Shown here one piece after another: positions 1-12,270 of a stretch of DNA of 64,000 nucleotides. The notes beneath the pieces were generated by a model that was not told the DNA's origin, ran no database searches, and worked only from the letters and a program-made list of their open reading frames with translations. Source of the stretch: Squalus acanthias (taxonomy: Eukaryota); the NCBI GenBank assembly GCA_030390025.1, contig CM059432.1, positions 132,434,001 through 132,498,000 of the forward strand, in the 5' to 3' direction. Positions within the stretch are counted from its first letter, which is position 1, and every line of letters starts with the position of its first letter. The position numbers and the translations under genes are program-made.

Positions 1-150
1 TCTGGTTCAACCTGAGACAGTGGCTGGGGAGGGAGATGGAATCGATAGCAAGGGTACGGAGTTTTTGGCGGGGTCGGAGGACAATGGCTGCGGTCCAAGA
101 CTGGATGCTGGACAAGCAGGCTGACAACACAGAAGCAATGGAGGGGTTGC
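1..150 (-). mobile_element. L2 LINE ORF2 fragment
   Basis: Minus strand reads PSIASVLSACLSSIQSW...AIVLRPRQKLRTLAIDSISLPSHCLRLNQ, typical of L2 ORF2 after the RT domain; its start matches the L2 copy near 39495-39528. Confidence 0.75.
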
Positions 151-210
151 GTCATTTATGAAAACTTTACAACATTCCTTGAAACCCTTCCCTTCCACCT
201 TAAAGTTGCA

Positions 211-388
211 GGGGGGTAATTGGTCTTGGGAGGGAGTGTAGAATGGGCAATAGCAAATCAACAGCTGGTTTTACACCTTGCCCGAATTTTTGTTCAACAA
301 TGAAAAAGAAAATTGGTCGCAGTGTAAAAAGGGCTGCCGGTTCACTAGTTCCCTTTTTGCGCTACCTCACAAGACCAATTTCACACCC
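211..388. mobile_element. short palindromic MITE
   Basis: Start ggggggtaattggtcttgg is an inverted match to end caagaccaatttcacaccc, and imperfect symmetry continues inward. Confidence 0.6.
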
Positions 389-488
389 ATAGAATCTTGA
401 CTCCGACCTGCATTAAGAAATGCTTGGCTAATACCTTGGAGGTTTGTGGTGGATCACGATCTCAGGTCCACACTCAAGACCGGGGTAA

Positions 489-903
489 AAAGAAAGACTT
501 GCATTTATATAGCGCCTTTCACGACCTCAGGACGCCCCAAAGTGCTTTACAGCCAATTAAGTATTTTTGAAGTGTAGTCACTGTTGTAATGTGGGAAATG
601 CAGCAGCCAAGTTACGCACAGCAAGCTCCCGCAAACAGCAATGTGATAATGACCAGATAATCTGTTTTAGTGATGTTGATTGAGGGATAAATATTGGCCA
701 GGATACTGGGGATATCTCCCCTGCTCTTCTTTGAAATAGTGCCATGGGATCTTATACGTCCACCTGAGAGAGCAGACGGGGCTTCGGTTTAATGTCTCAT
801 TTGAAAGACGGCAGCTCCGACAGTGCAGCACTCCCTCAGCACTGCACTGGAGCGTCAGCCTAGATTTTGTGCTCAAGTCTCTGGAGTGGGACTTGAACCC
901 ACA
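489..903 (-). mobile_element. Deu-domain SINE (SacSINE1/AmnSINE1-like)
   Basis: Reverse complement has a B-box-like gggttcaagtccc, the Deu core (gatcccatggcactatttc...ccctcaatcaacatcact) and an L2-type tail ending ggcgctatataaatgcaagtctttct. Confidence 0.88.
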
Positions 904-1376
904 AATTAATAAGTGTTATTAATTTGTTTAACACAATAAGACAAAATCAGCGCTTTAAACTACAAATGCACACCTCAGCTGTCAATGACCTCCTGTAAAT
1001 GGCATTTTAAAGAACTGCCTTAAACTACAACAGTTCTCTTTTTAAAGATGAACCTCACTATTCTCACCACTGTAATATCACACAATCCAGGAAGAATTGA
1101 AATGCACTTGGGAATGTTTAGGAAGTTTACATCACAATTTGGAGTTGTCATTTAAAAACAATAGTTTTATTTCTATCCTGAGTTTCCCAATTTTTGTCCA
1201 TCAGCTCACCTCCGCCGGGAGCAAAGAACAATCTAAGATCCTTCCGTACAAACACAAAAAGACTTTTAAACATATTGTGCTTTTCCCTTTTTATATTTTG
1301 ACATGAATTGTGATGTATGAATACTAACGTTTGATACTTTTTTTTGGTTTGATTTATTTTACTGAACATTGAAAAG

Positions 1377-1550
1377 ACTCGGAAATTACTGTTATGGTAT
1401 GAAAGCTTAACACATTTGTTTCAAATGCCCCTCTCCGCTATTTTAATGGATACGTTAACTCATTTAATATTCCCATTAAAATAGCAGAGAAATTTCATAC
1501 GAGCGCATTAAGCATTTGTACAATAATATCGTTTCCTGTCATTTCCAGGG
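1377..1550. mobile_element. decayed palindromic MITE
   Basis: Inner inverted repeat gctattttaatgg/ccattaaaatagc; ggaaattactg...catttccaggg ends resemble the MITE at 24401. Confidence 0.45.
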
Positions 1551-1594
1551 TTTCTGCAACTTAAGTTAAAAATCATGTATATCTGTTCAGAATG

Positions 1595-1900
1595 GCAAAA
1601 CTGGGTGGCATGGTAGGTTGGAAGACTTTTGACCTCTGGGACCTGTTTTTGAATCCAGCTCAGACAGAGGGGATGAAAGCTTCCCTTCTCTGATGGCTTT
1701 CAGCAGCTTTGAGCAAAACACGTCTGGGCAGACTCATTCCAGCTCCCAGTGGACTCGACCACACAGAACCTTCCATCATGTGGGAAACTAATTGGGGAAA
1801 GATGACTGGGAATGTGGCACTGGCGGTGATATAAGTGGGGGCCACTACTCTGAAGATTTGGCTCCAGGGACATTGTGAGGAGACTCCTGCACTGCATTAA
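1595..1900 (+). mobile_element. LF-SINE-like element
   Basis: Collinear blocks resemble the recalled LF-SINE consensus: acctct.gg, aatccagc.cag, tctgatggct.ttcag, ctca.tccag.tcc.agtggac, actaattgg, cctgcactgc. Confidence 0.6.
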
Positions 1901-1998
1901 TATCAAATCCTTATGGTCATTTTATTGGGTGGGCATAAGACAGGAGAAAAAAAATAGTTACATCATCAGGGAAACGTTAAAAGTTCACTGGTAGTCTA

Positions 1999-2215
1999 GT
2001 GATTTGGAATGCACTGCCCGAAAGGGCGGTGGAAGCAGATTCAATAGTAACTTTCAAAAGGGAATTGGATAAATACTTGAAAAAGAATTTAAAAAATCGC
2101 AGGGCTTTGGGGAAAGAGCAGGGGAGTGGGACTAATTGGATAGCTCTTTCAAAGAGCCGTCACAGGCACGATGGGCCGAATGGCCTCCTTCTGTGCTGTA
2201 ACATTCGATGATTCT
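1999..2215 (+). mobile_element. CR1/HER1-like LINE 3' end
   Basis: WNALPERAVEADSIVTFKRELDKYL followed by the 3' UTR gggccgaatggcctccttctgtgctgt. Confidence 0.85.
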
Positions 2216-3454
2216 AGTCATTTTGCAGCCGGCAGTGGCTGAAGATTAGCACCTTCGGGTGGGGTCCCAGTTGGGAAAATACCATATTGAAGCCAAAGTT
2301 GAGCAAGTGTGACAGCACAGACTGTGGAAGAGTAACGACATACAGGCAACCGCAGGGGCTGGCAGAGGGTGCGGGCTTTGTGGCATCTCCGACCAAACCT
2401 GGTTACAACACTTGGCTGCAGTAGTAGTTTGCATAATGCTCTTAGCGTATCCATATAAGGAATACACGTGGCATGAAACAGCAAACTGAAAGTTCCCATA
2501 TTTTGCAGTGGGATTGAGAACTTGGCCGGCATTTCATTTCAATGGGATAACTTGGAATTTATTGGTGGAGAAAAAAAGTGCCACTCTCTGTTTCTTCAAT
2601 TGCCGTTTGACACCTGTCAGCGTACAATTTATAAATCAGAAAAATAGAATCTTGCCAGCTTTGCCTCTGCCGTACATCATCCATAAAGGTTTGACCTTAA
2701 CCTGCGCTTTACTCTGGGAGTGCTTAGCACTCTTAGCAAAGAGGGGAAATATCCCATTCCCAGCGCACAATCATTCCTCACCTTGATAAACACATTTCCG
2801 ATCATATACAGAACACATTAATGTTTGAATATGGGTCGGTGAAACACAAATACACGCGCAATGTATTTTTTTTTAAATGGCTGCTGGCATTAGTTCTCGT
2901 TGATGTAGCAAGCTTAGGGGCTTGGAGCGTCAGTAGCCTTCAGGCATCAAACCGCAGCAGTAATTGTAGACAGTGAAGTCAACTTTATGTTTTCTAAACT
3001 ATTTATCATGAGATAACGTTGTCAGATTGCTTACCAAACCCTCTAACGGGATTTCAACCACAGCCAAATTGAATTGGAATAAAACCTTGTTTCACTTTGA
3101 TAGCAAATAGATATTCCCTCCGTTGCATGATCTCTGCTGCATAATATTTGCTCCTGAATCTTAAGAATGACAGTGAAGAACGACAGCTGATACCCATATT
3201 CTGGCACCGCAGATTTCTCTACTTGTCACATTCAATCCGCCAATCGATAGAGTGACAGTGAGCTTGGAGTGACAGTACGAGGGCTTCACCTCACTGGGAC
3301 TATTTGTCTGAGATCTACCTTGAACTGTGCAGCTGTTGTAGAGATTTCGGTTCCAATGCCAGCTTAGAGGGAGCATTTGATGGGAGTGACAGTGAAATGC
3401 ATGAAAAAAAACAGTGGTAGTGGACGGGATTTCAAGACTCTAAAGTAACCTTAG

Positions 3455-3770
3455 AAAATGTCTGGTTGGGGCTGCTGTGTCAGTAGGTGTGCTATCATTG
3501 GCCTCGGCCTTGCCCCAACCCCACAGATTAGGAAGGATAAAATTGGCCAGGATTCTACAGCTGATCACTATCCTCACTATCTTGCCACCCCAGCTGGAAG
3601 TGTACATGTGCGAATGCTCCCTAAGGACAGGATTGGGATTGGCTGTGATGCTCCTGTAGGCGAATAGCCAACCAATACCAATACCACATAAAGGATCGTC
3701 ACTTGCCAAAGTTAGGGAAGACAACCAATGCCAATTGAGCTGTTACACAGGAAGAAGAGAAAGTCTTCAG
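3455..3770 (+). mobile_element. second tRNA-headed SINE family, degenerate copy
   Basis: Shares blocks (ctgatcactatc, aggacaggattggg, ggctgtgatgc, gaatagcc) with minus-strand copies at 4291-4545, 6970-7250 and 11961-12270. Confidence 0.55.
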
Positions 3771-3908
3771 GGTAAGAGGGGGGAACTGTCAGTAAAAGAA
3801 AGGAGATAAAATAAATACAACAGAGAATGCCTGGAAGATGTACTGAAACAATTCAAATGGTCTTTTTTTTATTATTTCCAGTTTTCTGCTCTCCTCTCCT
3901 GAATGTGA

Positions 3909-4290
3909 TAGGAACATAGGAACAGGCGTAGGCCATTCAGCCCCTCGAGTCTGTTCCGCCATTCAATTAGATCATGTCTGATCTGTATCTTAACTCCATT
4001 TACCCGCATTGGTTCCGTAACCTTTAATACCCATACCTAACAAAAACCTATCAATCTCAGTTTTGAAATTTTCAATTGTCCTCCAGCCTCAACAGCCTTT
4101 TTAGGGAAGAGAGTTAGAGAGTTCCAGATTTCCACTTTGTGTGAAGAAGTGCTTCCGGACATCACCCCCGAAAGGCCGAGCTCTAATTTTAAGGTTATCC
4201 TCCTTGTTCTGGACTCCCTCACCAGAGGAAATAGTTTCTCTCTCTCTACCCTATCAACTCCTTTAATCATCTTAAACACCTCGATTAGAT
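3909..4290 (-). mobile_element. CR1-like LINE 3' end inserted in a SINE
   Basis: LIEVFKMIKGVDRVEREKLFPL...WNSL plus ggaacata tail repeats; both flanks are parts of the second SINE family. Confidence 0.85.
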
Positions 4291-4545
4291 GACTCATGCT
4301 TGGATACAGTTCCACAAATGCTGGCCAGCTTCCAATACTTTCACCCATGTGACCATTCCTCATGTGTGAGCCTAGACGGTGAATGTCGGCTGGCTATTTG
4401 ACCAAGGCAGTAAGACCAATGACAGCACTCCTGCTACCCTGCATGAGGTAAGCTAACTCAACACAAACTAAAGACTATGCTGGGATCTTCATCTTCTGTA
4501 TGGTTTATCTAGAATGGTTAACTGATATTTAGTTGCTGAGGGGGT
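4291..4545 (-). mobile_element. second SINE family, 5' part
   Basis: Reverse complement matches the 5093-5225 and 3455-3770 blocks (cttcacccatgtgaccattcctcatgtgtgagcctagac). Confidence 0.55.
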
Positions 4546-4819
4546 CTAATGACAACATAAGAACAGCAGACGGATCATGCGTGTTTCTATTTTGAAACAA
4601 TTAGTATTGAATCAAAAAGTATTTACCCAACGGGTGAATATAATAATGTGCATCAACAATGGTAGCTGCTTTGTATTAAGTATTTGGACTGTATCCACTT
4701 TCCTACTACTGTACAGTAACTATTTACTTTATAACTACTGCAGAAATAAGGAGGAGCACATTAAAATGTGTTTTTGAATATGTTGAGTGGATAGATAAAT
4801 CACAAATTAGACAAAAACA

Positions 4820-4947
4820 AAGGGCTTAATTCTGACTTTGGGTGATAGCGTAAAACGGGCGATATCAATTCAGCCGCCCGTTATACATCTCTCCCCATTG
4901 CAATTTCTACTGAAGCACTGAATCGCTATCGCCCGTTTTACATTACG
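4820..4947. mobile_element. palindromic MITE fragment
   Basis: Inverted repeat gtaaaacgggcgata / tatcgcccgttttac. Confidence 0.5.
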
Positions 4948-5092
4948 TTTCTTTGATACTCATTTCATTAATTGATTTCATGCAATAGTGTCATAAGGGC
5001 ACACATCTATCGTGCTTGTAGCATTAGAAAAACTATTAACAAGCAACTTAGTGCTCATTATCTGATTTATCAACATAGTACTTTGGCTCAAA

Positions 5093-5225
5093 CAAGAGAA
5101 ATGGCCACTTGGGTGAGGTACTGGAGATATCCAGCACCGATAGAAATGTTCCCCAGCAAGGAGTCAACACCTTCAGGAGAGGAGGATGGCAGGTGAGAGA
5201 ATTGGTGGAAAGAGCAGGGATAAAA
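5093..5225 (+). mobile_element. second SINE family, 3' fragment
   Basis: atggccacttgggtgaggtactggag...ccttcaggagaggag, the reverse complement of the 6970-7060 segment. Confidence 0.55.
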
Positions 5226-5242
5226 GAAGAATGAAAAGTAAT

Positions 5243-5531
5243 TCTGGCCTCTTGAGTATCCTAATTTTAATCGCTCCACATTGGTGGCCGTGCCTTCAAC
5301 TGCCTGGGCCCTAAGCTCTGGAATTCCCTCCCTAAACATCTCTGCCTCTCTTTCCTCCTTTAAGACACTCTCTGAAACCTACCTCTTTGACCAAGCTTTT
5401 GGTCATCTGCCCTAATATCTCCTTACGTGGCTCGGTGTCAAGTTTTGTTTGATAACGCTCCTGTGAAGCACCTTGGGATGTTTTATTAAGTCAAAGGCAC
5501 TATATAAATGCAAGTTGTTGTTGTTGTTGTT
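5243..5531 (+). mobile_element. L2 LINE 3' end
   Basis: GGRAFNCLGPKLWNSLP motif, 3' UTR tatataaatgcaag and a (TTG)n tail. Confidence 0.85.
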
Positions 5532-6969
5532 ATGACCTGAGCCCCTGTACTTCTCTTGTTTCTCCTAAGATCCGATGAAATCTCCCTCCTCCCAACATCC
5601 TCACTGTGCTTAAAGCGAGACTGGTTGTACTGTCTCCTACTCAAACTCATACTTTCCCAGGACTTCAGAACCTTGAGTCTTAGATTACATTTCCTCTTAC
5701 AATCTACAGGCTTTTCGAACCCAATCTTGGCATCACCTAACCATGACTTCTGAATTTATCGCACCTTCTCTCCTACTCTTTTCAAAGTTGATGGTGTCCA
5801 ACACTGTGAACCTTTGCCCTTCTCTTGGGTTTCTCAATTAATACAAATGTTTAAGACAAACACAAAACAATTTTGGATTAATATTTTAAAGACCGTTTGA
5901 TGATGATATTGATTTTTGTTCTAGACGATATAGTATTTGGAATGTCTCCTCATCTATGGTCAGGTCGGCTGTAACATGCCTTGGCCCTGCTCCACTGATC
6001 TACGCTTCTGACCCCGCTGGCAGGGCAGGAGCAACTTATTTGAATTTATTCAGCGGGTGCCCGTGCCTGTCTGGGAGCATCTTGGGTGCCCACTAGAGGG
6101 GTGGTGGTGGGAAATGTGGCAGAAGTGCAGGCAAACAAGCTAATCGTCTCCCGGTGGGCTGATCCAAACACGGGTATCAAGGATTTCCAGGCCATGACCC
6201 TCACCTGGACCTCCTGGTGGCTCCACTTCCACCGATTCAGTGACTTGTACGCTGGATTGTTTGTAGCATCCAGACCACCTCATTGTAGGAAGGCCATGGC
6301 CAAGGAGATTCTTGGCGTGGGAAATCCCTCCCATGGGCTGCACCTCCTCTGAAGTTTGGGCCGTGCTTGGGGCGGATGGAAATTCCACCTGCTCAGGGCC
6401 CCTACGCAAATTGGCTGCCACTATGATTCTGAGCGGAGACCGTTCCGAGCATTACTGGATCCTGCCAGACGTCCCATCCCTGTCGTGCCTCATGCCCAAC
6501 CTCCGCCTCATATCCGAGGATTTTCAGGCTCGTTGAGTTTTCTGTTGTTAGATGAAGCAGCTCGTGGAAATCGCAACTTCAGTAACTTACTGTATTGCTT
6601 ATTTGTGTGCATTAGTCAAAATAATCCCCTTTCTTAATTTCAGTGAGCTCTTGTGACATTTTTTCGCATGTGGCACAGTGTAAAATACTGAGTGACCAAA
6701 TAGTCTGCGAATCTGTTTGCTTCAATGTTATTATTTTGCTTGAACATTTGAAGGACTTGCTTCTGTACCAGAAACAAGACCAGGACCATAGCTACACACA
6801 GCTTAAAGTGAATGTAAGCAGATCAGTAAACTACAGATGGAGTTTTCAAATTTGACTTTTCCTGTAACTCCCACAGCACACACATTTTAACCATTTCAAA
6901 ACGACAATCTAGTTCAAATTCTTCAATCTATTATTGTAAGTATTACAGTTTTACTTCCCCCCGTGCCAT

Positions 6970-7250
6970 TCAAATTTTCTTCACCCCACCTGACACATGC
7001 TGGGGCACAGTTGCATGGGTACAGGCAAGCTTCTGGTACCTCACCCAAGTGACCACACTTCATTTGAAAATCTAGACACCGGATGGCAATCAGGAGCATT
7101 GAACCCTAGTCCAGAGCATGAAGGCCATTTGTCAGGTTTTCTCAGCTGAGATCAGATAGCTCAGCCCAAACAGAGGATTGAAGCTGGAATCTTCCTGGTC
7201 TGAATGACTCACTCACTTCTACACTCAGCAGTGCTTTTACCCGGTGAATC
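6970..7250 (-). mobile_element. second SINE family, degenerate copy
   Basis: ggtacctcacccaagtgaccac block, with a tRNA-like head (gaggattgaagctgg) at the right end. Confidence 0.5.
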
Positions 7251-7356
7251 ATTGTGGGAGCTTGATATTGGACACCAACACTGCCACAAAGTTGAATATC
7301 CACCACATGAAACTCAAATCACATAACATTAATAGAAGTGATAGGTAGAGAGTGAT

Positions 7357-7485
7357 ACAAAAGCAAAATACTGCGGATTCTGGAAATCTGCAATAAAAAC
7401 AGCAAATGCTGGAAATACTCAGCAGGTCAGGCAGCATCTGTGGAGGGAGAAACAGAGTTGACGTTTCTGGCCTTGGCTCATCATT
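7357..7485 (-). mobile_element. Penelope pLTR/3' end fragment
   Basis: Reverse complement matches 40099-40172 (aacgt.aactctgtttctc.ctccacaga.gctgcctgacctgctgagtatttcca); the hammerhead core is degenerate. Confidence 0.75.
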
Positions 7486-8859
7486 TGTTCCTCGTTCGCA
7501 ATGAAGGTTTTTATTTCCTTTACTGCACAACATAGTCGTGTACTGTTCCTCGACGCACTATTTTAATGCAGCTGTTAACCTGTTGGTGAAACACTGCATT
7601 AAATAATACACAAAGGAATCTTTATATGAGCGTGTTAAGCAATAAACCACTGGAGGAAATGAAATCCCCACGAAGCTTTGACTGAATAATGGTCCTAATG
7701 CGAGGTTTTTTTTTGTGTCTGTCAAGGCTACAGTTAACCATGAGTTTTACATGGACTATATAAAACTGAATAAAATGTTTGCAGCAATACATTGATACTG
7801 AATTGTGATCCCACTCTCCCCTAATGATGAGGGATAAAAGAAAATATAAACTGTCACCCAGCCCATGACATGCTGTGCGCTTGTCATTTTCCACCAGCTT
7901 ATTGCAGCAGCAAGTCAACAAATCCCAGCCACTCTAATGAGGTCCTTATCTTCGTACAACTTCCTAGGGTTTGTTGCACTCCTTGCGTGTACCTTCCCTG
8001 TTGAATGCCAGCAACTCTAAATTACCTTCTATTAATATGAATGCATCGCTGTCATGGATGTCAGGTTGCGGGGTGATTTGCCCTCTGAAGGTAGTTACGA
8101 CATCATCTTTCTCCAGCTGATGTAGTGGATAGCAGAGTAATTAGAGCAATTACTCATCACTGTCTGTCACAGCAGATCAGATCTGCCCCCTGACTGCTGC
8201 ATTGACCCAGACCTGCATACAGAGTAGATTATTTGAAGTAATCTTCAACTTTCACTAGCAAGCGCACATGTACGGCTCCTGATAATCGCAGGCTTGCTCG
8301 CTGCCTCTTCGCTGAGCCAGTTGCCTTTTCGCTGTTTGTTCCTTGTACCGCGATTGAAAATCATTTTTAAAAAAAAGAAGATTTTCTTTCTGACGTGATT
8401 GATCAGGTCCTTCTGATGCATTGAAGCAGGGAATTCCAATCGCAGTAACTTCTGCAATTAAGCGAAACGTTGGATTTAAAAATGAATAAATATTTAAACA
8501 TCGCATTAATATAATTGTGAATCAGCCCCATTCCCGCTGTCTTTCCCCCCCCCCCACCCCAAACGCACCTGAAACACTGCTGGCAAGGTAGATGGCCTAC
8601 CATACTTGCTCAGCAGTGATAAATATCCTAATATTAAGTGTCAATAAACTAATGTAAAGGGGAAGTTTCATTGTATTGGGAACATTTTTGGACAGATTCA
8701 GGTCCTGGACCAGTCTGCTCTGAAACCTTTGTTTGTAGGGCTGTTATGAGCTCAGAGTGGAGAAGGTGCTAGATATGTTGGAGTAAAGATTTTTATAAGA
8801 TATTTGCTGCATTTTTACCATATTTGTTTCAAAAAGTATAATAACACCAAGATGAAAAG

Positions 8860-9345
8860 AATATAGGAACAAGCCCCTCGAGCCTGTTCCACCATTCAAT
8901 GAGATCATGGCTGATCTGCGACCTAACTCCATATACCCTTTGGTCCATATCCCTTAATACCTTTGGTTAACAAAATGCTATCAATCTCAGATTTAAAATG
9001 AACAATTGATCTAGCATCAATTGGCGTTTGCGGAAGAGAGTTTGTGTGTAGAAGTATTTCCTAATTTCACTCCTGAAAGGTCTGGCTCTAATTTTTAGAC
9101 TATGCCCCCTAGTCCTAGACTCCCCAACCAGCGGAAATAGTTTCTCTCTATCTACCCTATCTGTTCCCCTCAATATCCTGAAAACTTTGATCAGATCACC
9201 CCTTAACCTTCTAAATTCTAGGAAATACAACCCTAATTTGTGTAATCTCTCCTCGTAACTTAACCCTTGAAGTCCGGGTATCATTCTGGTAAACCTACGC
9301 TGCACTCCCTCCAAGGCCAATATATCCTTCCTAAGGTGTGGTGTC
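8860..9345 (-). mobile_element. CR1-like LINE 3' end
   Basis: ALEGVQRRFTRMIPGLQGLSYEERLHKLGLYFLEFRRLRGDLIKVF. Confidence 0.9.
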
Positions 9346-9530
9346 CCTATATTTTGATAGCTGACGTGATTGTTAAAATAATGGTGTTATGTTGTTCAAC
9401 CAGGCCCTTGGACTATCTCTTCGATACAGGCATGCTAAATAGCCTTGCAAGGCATTATGATGGCTACATTGTCCCTTTAAAGGTCCATGTTTTATTCAGC
9501 TCTAAAGTTGATCAATATACAAGTTACATT

Positions 9531-10376
9531 GGGGGCGATTTCGCCAATGGGGGCCCGTTGGAGGTGGGACTGCTGCTTATCAGGTCGATGTCCCGCCTCC
9601 ATCGATTTGTGGCCAACCCGCGCTATTTTCGCTTGATTGACCTTGTTAAGCCTGCCCAGCGGGCTTAGCAGGCCAATTAAGGGAAAGCCGGTTACAGAGA
9701 ACGTCAGCGTATGACGTTTCATCTGTCAAAAATTTTTGACAGATGAATTGTCATTGTTTGACAGCTCTGTGAAGCTGTCAAACACTGACATTCTCTGTAG
9801 TTTGACGAGTTCTTGAATTCAAGACTCATCAAACCTCCTTATTTAGCAGAAATTAGATGGTTGCTGCATTGGAGAATGCAGCAGCCATCTGTCATCTCTG
9901 CCGCGGAGGCGCGAGACTCTCCGCATACCCAACTCTTGAAGCCTGCAGGAAGAAACAAAGGTAAGTAAACTTTTTCTAACACTTTCCACTTAGCTCACAT
10001 ACTCACCTCTCCACACTTGCACCCATCACTTACCTTCACAACGCACTTTTGCACCCCTCCGACCCCCGCAGACCCACTACTTGCCTCGGTGACCCTGGCG
10101 GGGTTCGCAGCCTTCGGGAAATCCGCACTTGTGTGGGTAAAATGGGGATAATCCTCTTATTTACCTGTTAACTACCTGTTAACAGGCAGTTAAGTGGCTG
10201 TAATCCCCTTCCCGCCTCCAAGGAGACGGGACCTGGCGCGGGTCGGCTACCCGCCTCCTGGCAAGATGGCACGGAGGCGGGTTGGGGGCGGGTTTGGCAC
10301 CCGCCCCCAAATTCTACCATTTTCCCGGCAGTCCCGCCTCCATACCCGCCTCCCCAGGGCTGGCAAGATCGTGCCC
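9531..10376. mobile_element. Harbinger-type non-autonomous element/MITE with internal hairpin array
   Basis: TIR gggggcgatttcgcca / tggcaagatcgtgccc; flanks att/atg form an imperfect 3-bp TSD; GC-rich subterminal regions. Confidence 0.65.
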
Positions 10377-10939
10377 ATGGTAATACCTTGCTAAGTCCAC
10401 ACAATAAGCCTAATTTAGTTCATGATAAAATGAACTTTCTGGCATATTTTACACGACAATTAAGGATTGAGAATTGATTAATGGATTCATTTTAATGGGC
10501 AGAAATTCATGGGGGAAGGGGAGGGGGCATGAGCCCAAATCCTTTAAATGTGCTCCTGGCATGTAGAGTGCTGAAGATGAAGTCTTGGTAGTCCTACCAT
10601 CAATAGCACATTAGTGCATTGGAGAGGGTGCAGAGAAGATTACTCTCTTAGGTGGCAGGTATAACCCGTGCCTAATTAACTTGGTTTAGTAGGGCACATA
10701 TATCTGCTTTGCTCCTTTGTAATCTACCAGGCCTATTCTTGGGTCATTTAATGGGACAGTGTATCTCGTCACGAACCTCCCCCCGTTCTTAATGGCAGCT
10801 TGGCTTCTATCAATTCTTTTGTTCATGATATATTTGTAAATCTGTTTTCGCCCACAAGGAAATCAGAAGAGAATTCCATTCGCGATAGCCTTCCTCCAGC
10901 TCGTGTAACAAGGAGGAGAAATTCAGATGAATTGAAATC

Positions 10940-11116
10940 AATGCTGATTGCCAATAAGGGGAAGCTAGATAAGTACATGAGGGAGAAAGGAATAGAAGGA
11001 CATGTTGATAGGGTTAGGTGAAGTAAGCTGGGAGGAGGCTCGTGTAGAGCAGAAACACCATAGACCAGTTGGGCTGAATGGCCTGCTTCGGTGCTGTAAG
11101 ATTCTATGTAATTCTC
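10940..11116 (+). mobile_element. CR1-like LINE 3' tip
   Basis: KGKLDKYMREKGIEG followed by ttgggctgaatggcctgcttcggtgctgt. Confidence 0.75.
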
Positions 11117-11603
11117 TGTGTTACAGGCAGTTATGAGAGGGTAATATCTTGAACTGGAAAGGGAAACAAGTGTGAGAGCGAGTGACGGCCTTTGATTCGG
11201 CCTAGTTTTAGGATACCTTGAAAAACTTGTTCTTCAGATACAGATTGAAGAGGTTTGGGCAAAAAGAACTGAATGTCATTGGCTTTCAGAAAGGTCTTAT
11301 GCTCTTCTTTGGATGCAGACTTCCCTGACGGCAGACTTTTGCCTGACCTGGGCTATCAAAGGCTTCAGGACCAATGGAAAAGTAAAGAGAGAATGGCTCT
11401 GTTAGAGAGTAGCCCATTATTATTAAATGTGAGGGGGGAAAAGGCTTCTGAACAATCTGATGAAATAATGCCCCATAAACAAAGTACTGCAGGGCAATCA
11501 TAACACACCCCATTACAGAAGGAGGTTGAAGATCATATTCTGTGGAATTAAATAATTTCAGATGTATGGTTATGGTACGTACAGGAGGAAACATAGCTTA
11601 AAC

Positions 11604-11960
11604 TAGGAACATAGGAACAGGAGGAGGCCATTGAACCCCTCGAGCCTGTTCCGCCATTCAATGAGATCATGACTGATCTGCGGCCTAACTCCACAAACCC
11701 GCCTTTGGCCCATATCCCTTAATACCTTTGGATAACAGAAAGCTATCAATCTCCGATTTAAAATTAACAATTGATCTTGCAGAAGAGAGTTCCAAATTTC
11801 TACCACCCTTTGTGTGTAGAAGTGTTTCCTAATTTCACTCCTGAAAGGTCTGGCTCTCATTTTTAGACTATGCCCCCTAGTTCTCGAATTCCCTAACTAG
11901 TGGAAATAGTTTCTCTCTATCTACCCTATCTGTTCCCCTTAATATCTTGAAAACTTCGAA
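11604..11960 (-). mobile_element. CR1-like LINE 3' end
   Basis: RARPFRSEIRKHFYTQRVVEIWNSL; same subfamily as 8860-9345. Confidence 0.88.
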
Positions 11961-12270
11961 CTTGGTACCTTGCCCAATTGATCATGATTCATTGAACCTT
12001 GATTGTGAATGTTGGCAGGGCATTCAATGATGGAGGACACCACAGCCAAGTCTGATCCTGTCCTCGTGGGGCAACCACACGCTTACAATTCTAGCAGCAG
12101 ATACTAGATAGCGATCAGCAGTAGAAACGCTGGTTGATTTTCCCCTCCCGAACCCAAAGATTTTGAGCACCGCCTCCTATTACCTTGGCTATTCTCAATG
12201 ACCTCAGCAGAGACTGGGGATCAAACCTGAAACTTTCCTGGCTCAACGAAACTTGCTGAGCCACCAGAGA
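11961..12270 (-). mobile_element. second SINE family, degenerate copy
   Basis: tgatcctgtcctc, gatagcgatcagca and tggttgattttcccctcc blocks, with tRNA-like head ggggatcaaacctg...ctgagcca. Confidence 0.55.

Noticed and set aside
5990..6575. CpG-island promoter (also GC-rich 20400-21000, 56280-57010 and 58260-58905)
   Set aside because: These resemble decayed MITE/Harbinger interiors in composition, no linked gene is visible, and the boundaries could not be defined well enough to annotate.
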